From: Bryobacterales bacterium
Lineage (GTDB): Bacteria; Acidobacteriota; Terriglobia; Bryobacterales; Bryobacteraceae
Direction of reading: 5' to 3'
DNA length: 64,000 bases
Assembly (NCBI GenBank): GCA_963709155.1
Contig: CAVPVD010000005.1
Location: 152,239-216,238, forward strand
Shown here piece by piece: positions 63,732-64,000 of the stretch (position 1 is the first letter of the stretch; the number at the start of each line of letters is the position of its first letter). The notes under the pieces were generated by a model. That model made no database searches. It saw only the letters and a program-made list of their open reading frames with translations, and had not been told where the DNA came from. The translations under genes and the position numbers were made by a program.

Positions 63732-63749
63732 TCCGCCGAATCTGCGGCG

Positions 63750-64000
<251 letters not shown>

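Overview
High-GC (about 60-65% by eye) chromosomal segment that looks acidobacterial, Solibacter/Bryobacter-like. This is an inference from an ADOP-type duplicated FtsX permease, a Soli_cterm (TIGR03437-like) tail, a GloVer tandem-repeat protein and three giant CarboxypepD_reg-type TonB-dependent-receptor-like genes. I count about 53 densely packed protein-coding genes, many joined by ATGA/GTGA/TAATG start-stop overlaps. Housekeeping content: tkt, ileS-lspA-lgt, purC-cvpA-fis-like-gph, queF, hpt, deoC, beta-ureidopropionase-preT-preA and a partial hppD. I saw no rRNA, tRNA, CRISPR array, transposase or integrase. The most interesting content is listed below. (1) A tight three-gene minus-strand operon at 47746-50817: a PT-repeat protein, a 378-aa protein with no recognisable motif, and a signal-less M14 carboxypeptidase with a PT-rich insertion. 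(2) Two tandem secreted IPT/TIG + 17-triplet collagen-like proteins at 33810-37585, one with a seven-bladed propeller head. (3) A translationally coupled HemN-like radical SAM / WxWxIP flavoenzyme / PaaK-like ligase cassette at 55109-58804. (4) A tandemly duplicated ~212-nt intergenic element with a sigma-54-like -24/-12 box upstream of a TonB-dependent receptor gene. (5) A low-GC, frameshifted Fic module. (6) A frameshift-split TonB-dependent receptor gene. (7) Two families of intergenic palindromic (REP-like) repeats. (8) Several unusual domain fusions: MPN-like + TonB, cytidylate-kinase-like + nuclease-like, and ricin lectin + beta/gamma-crystallin. All family assignments come from motif recognition by eye, with no database search run.
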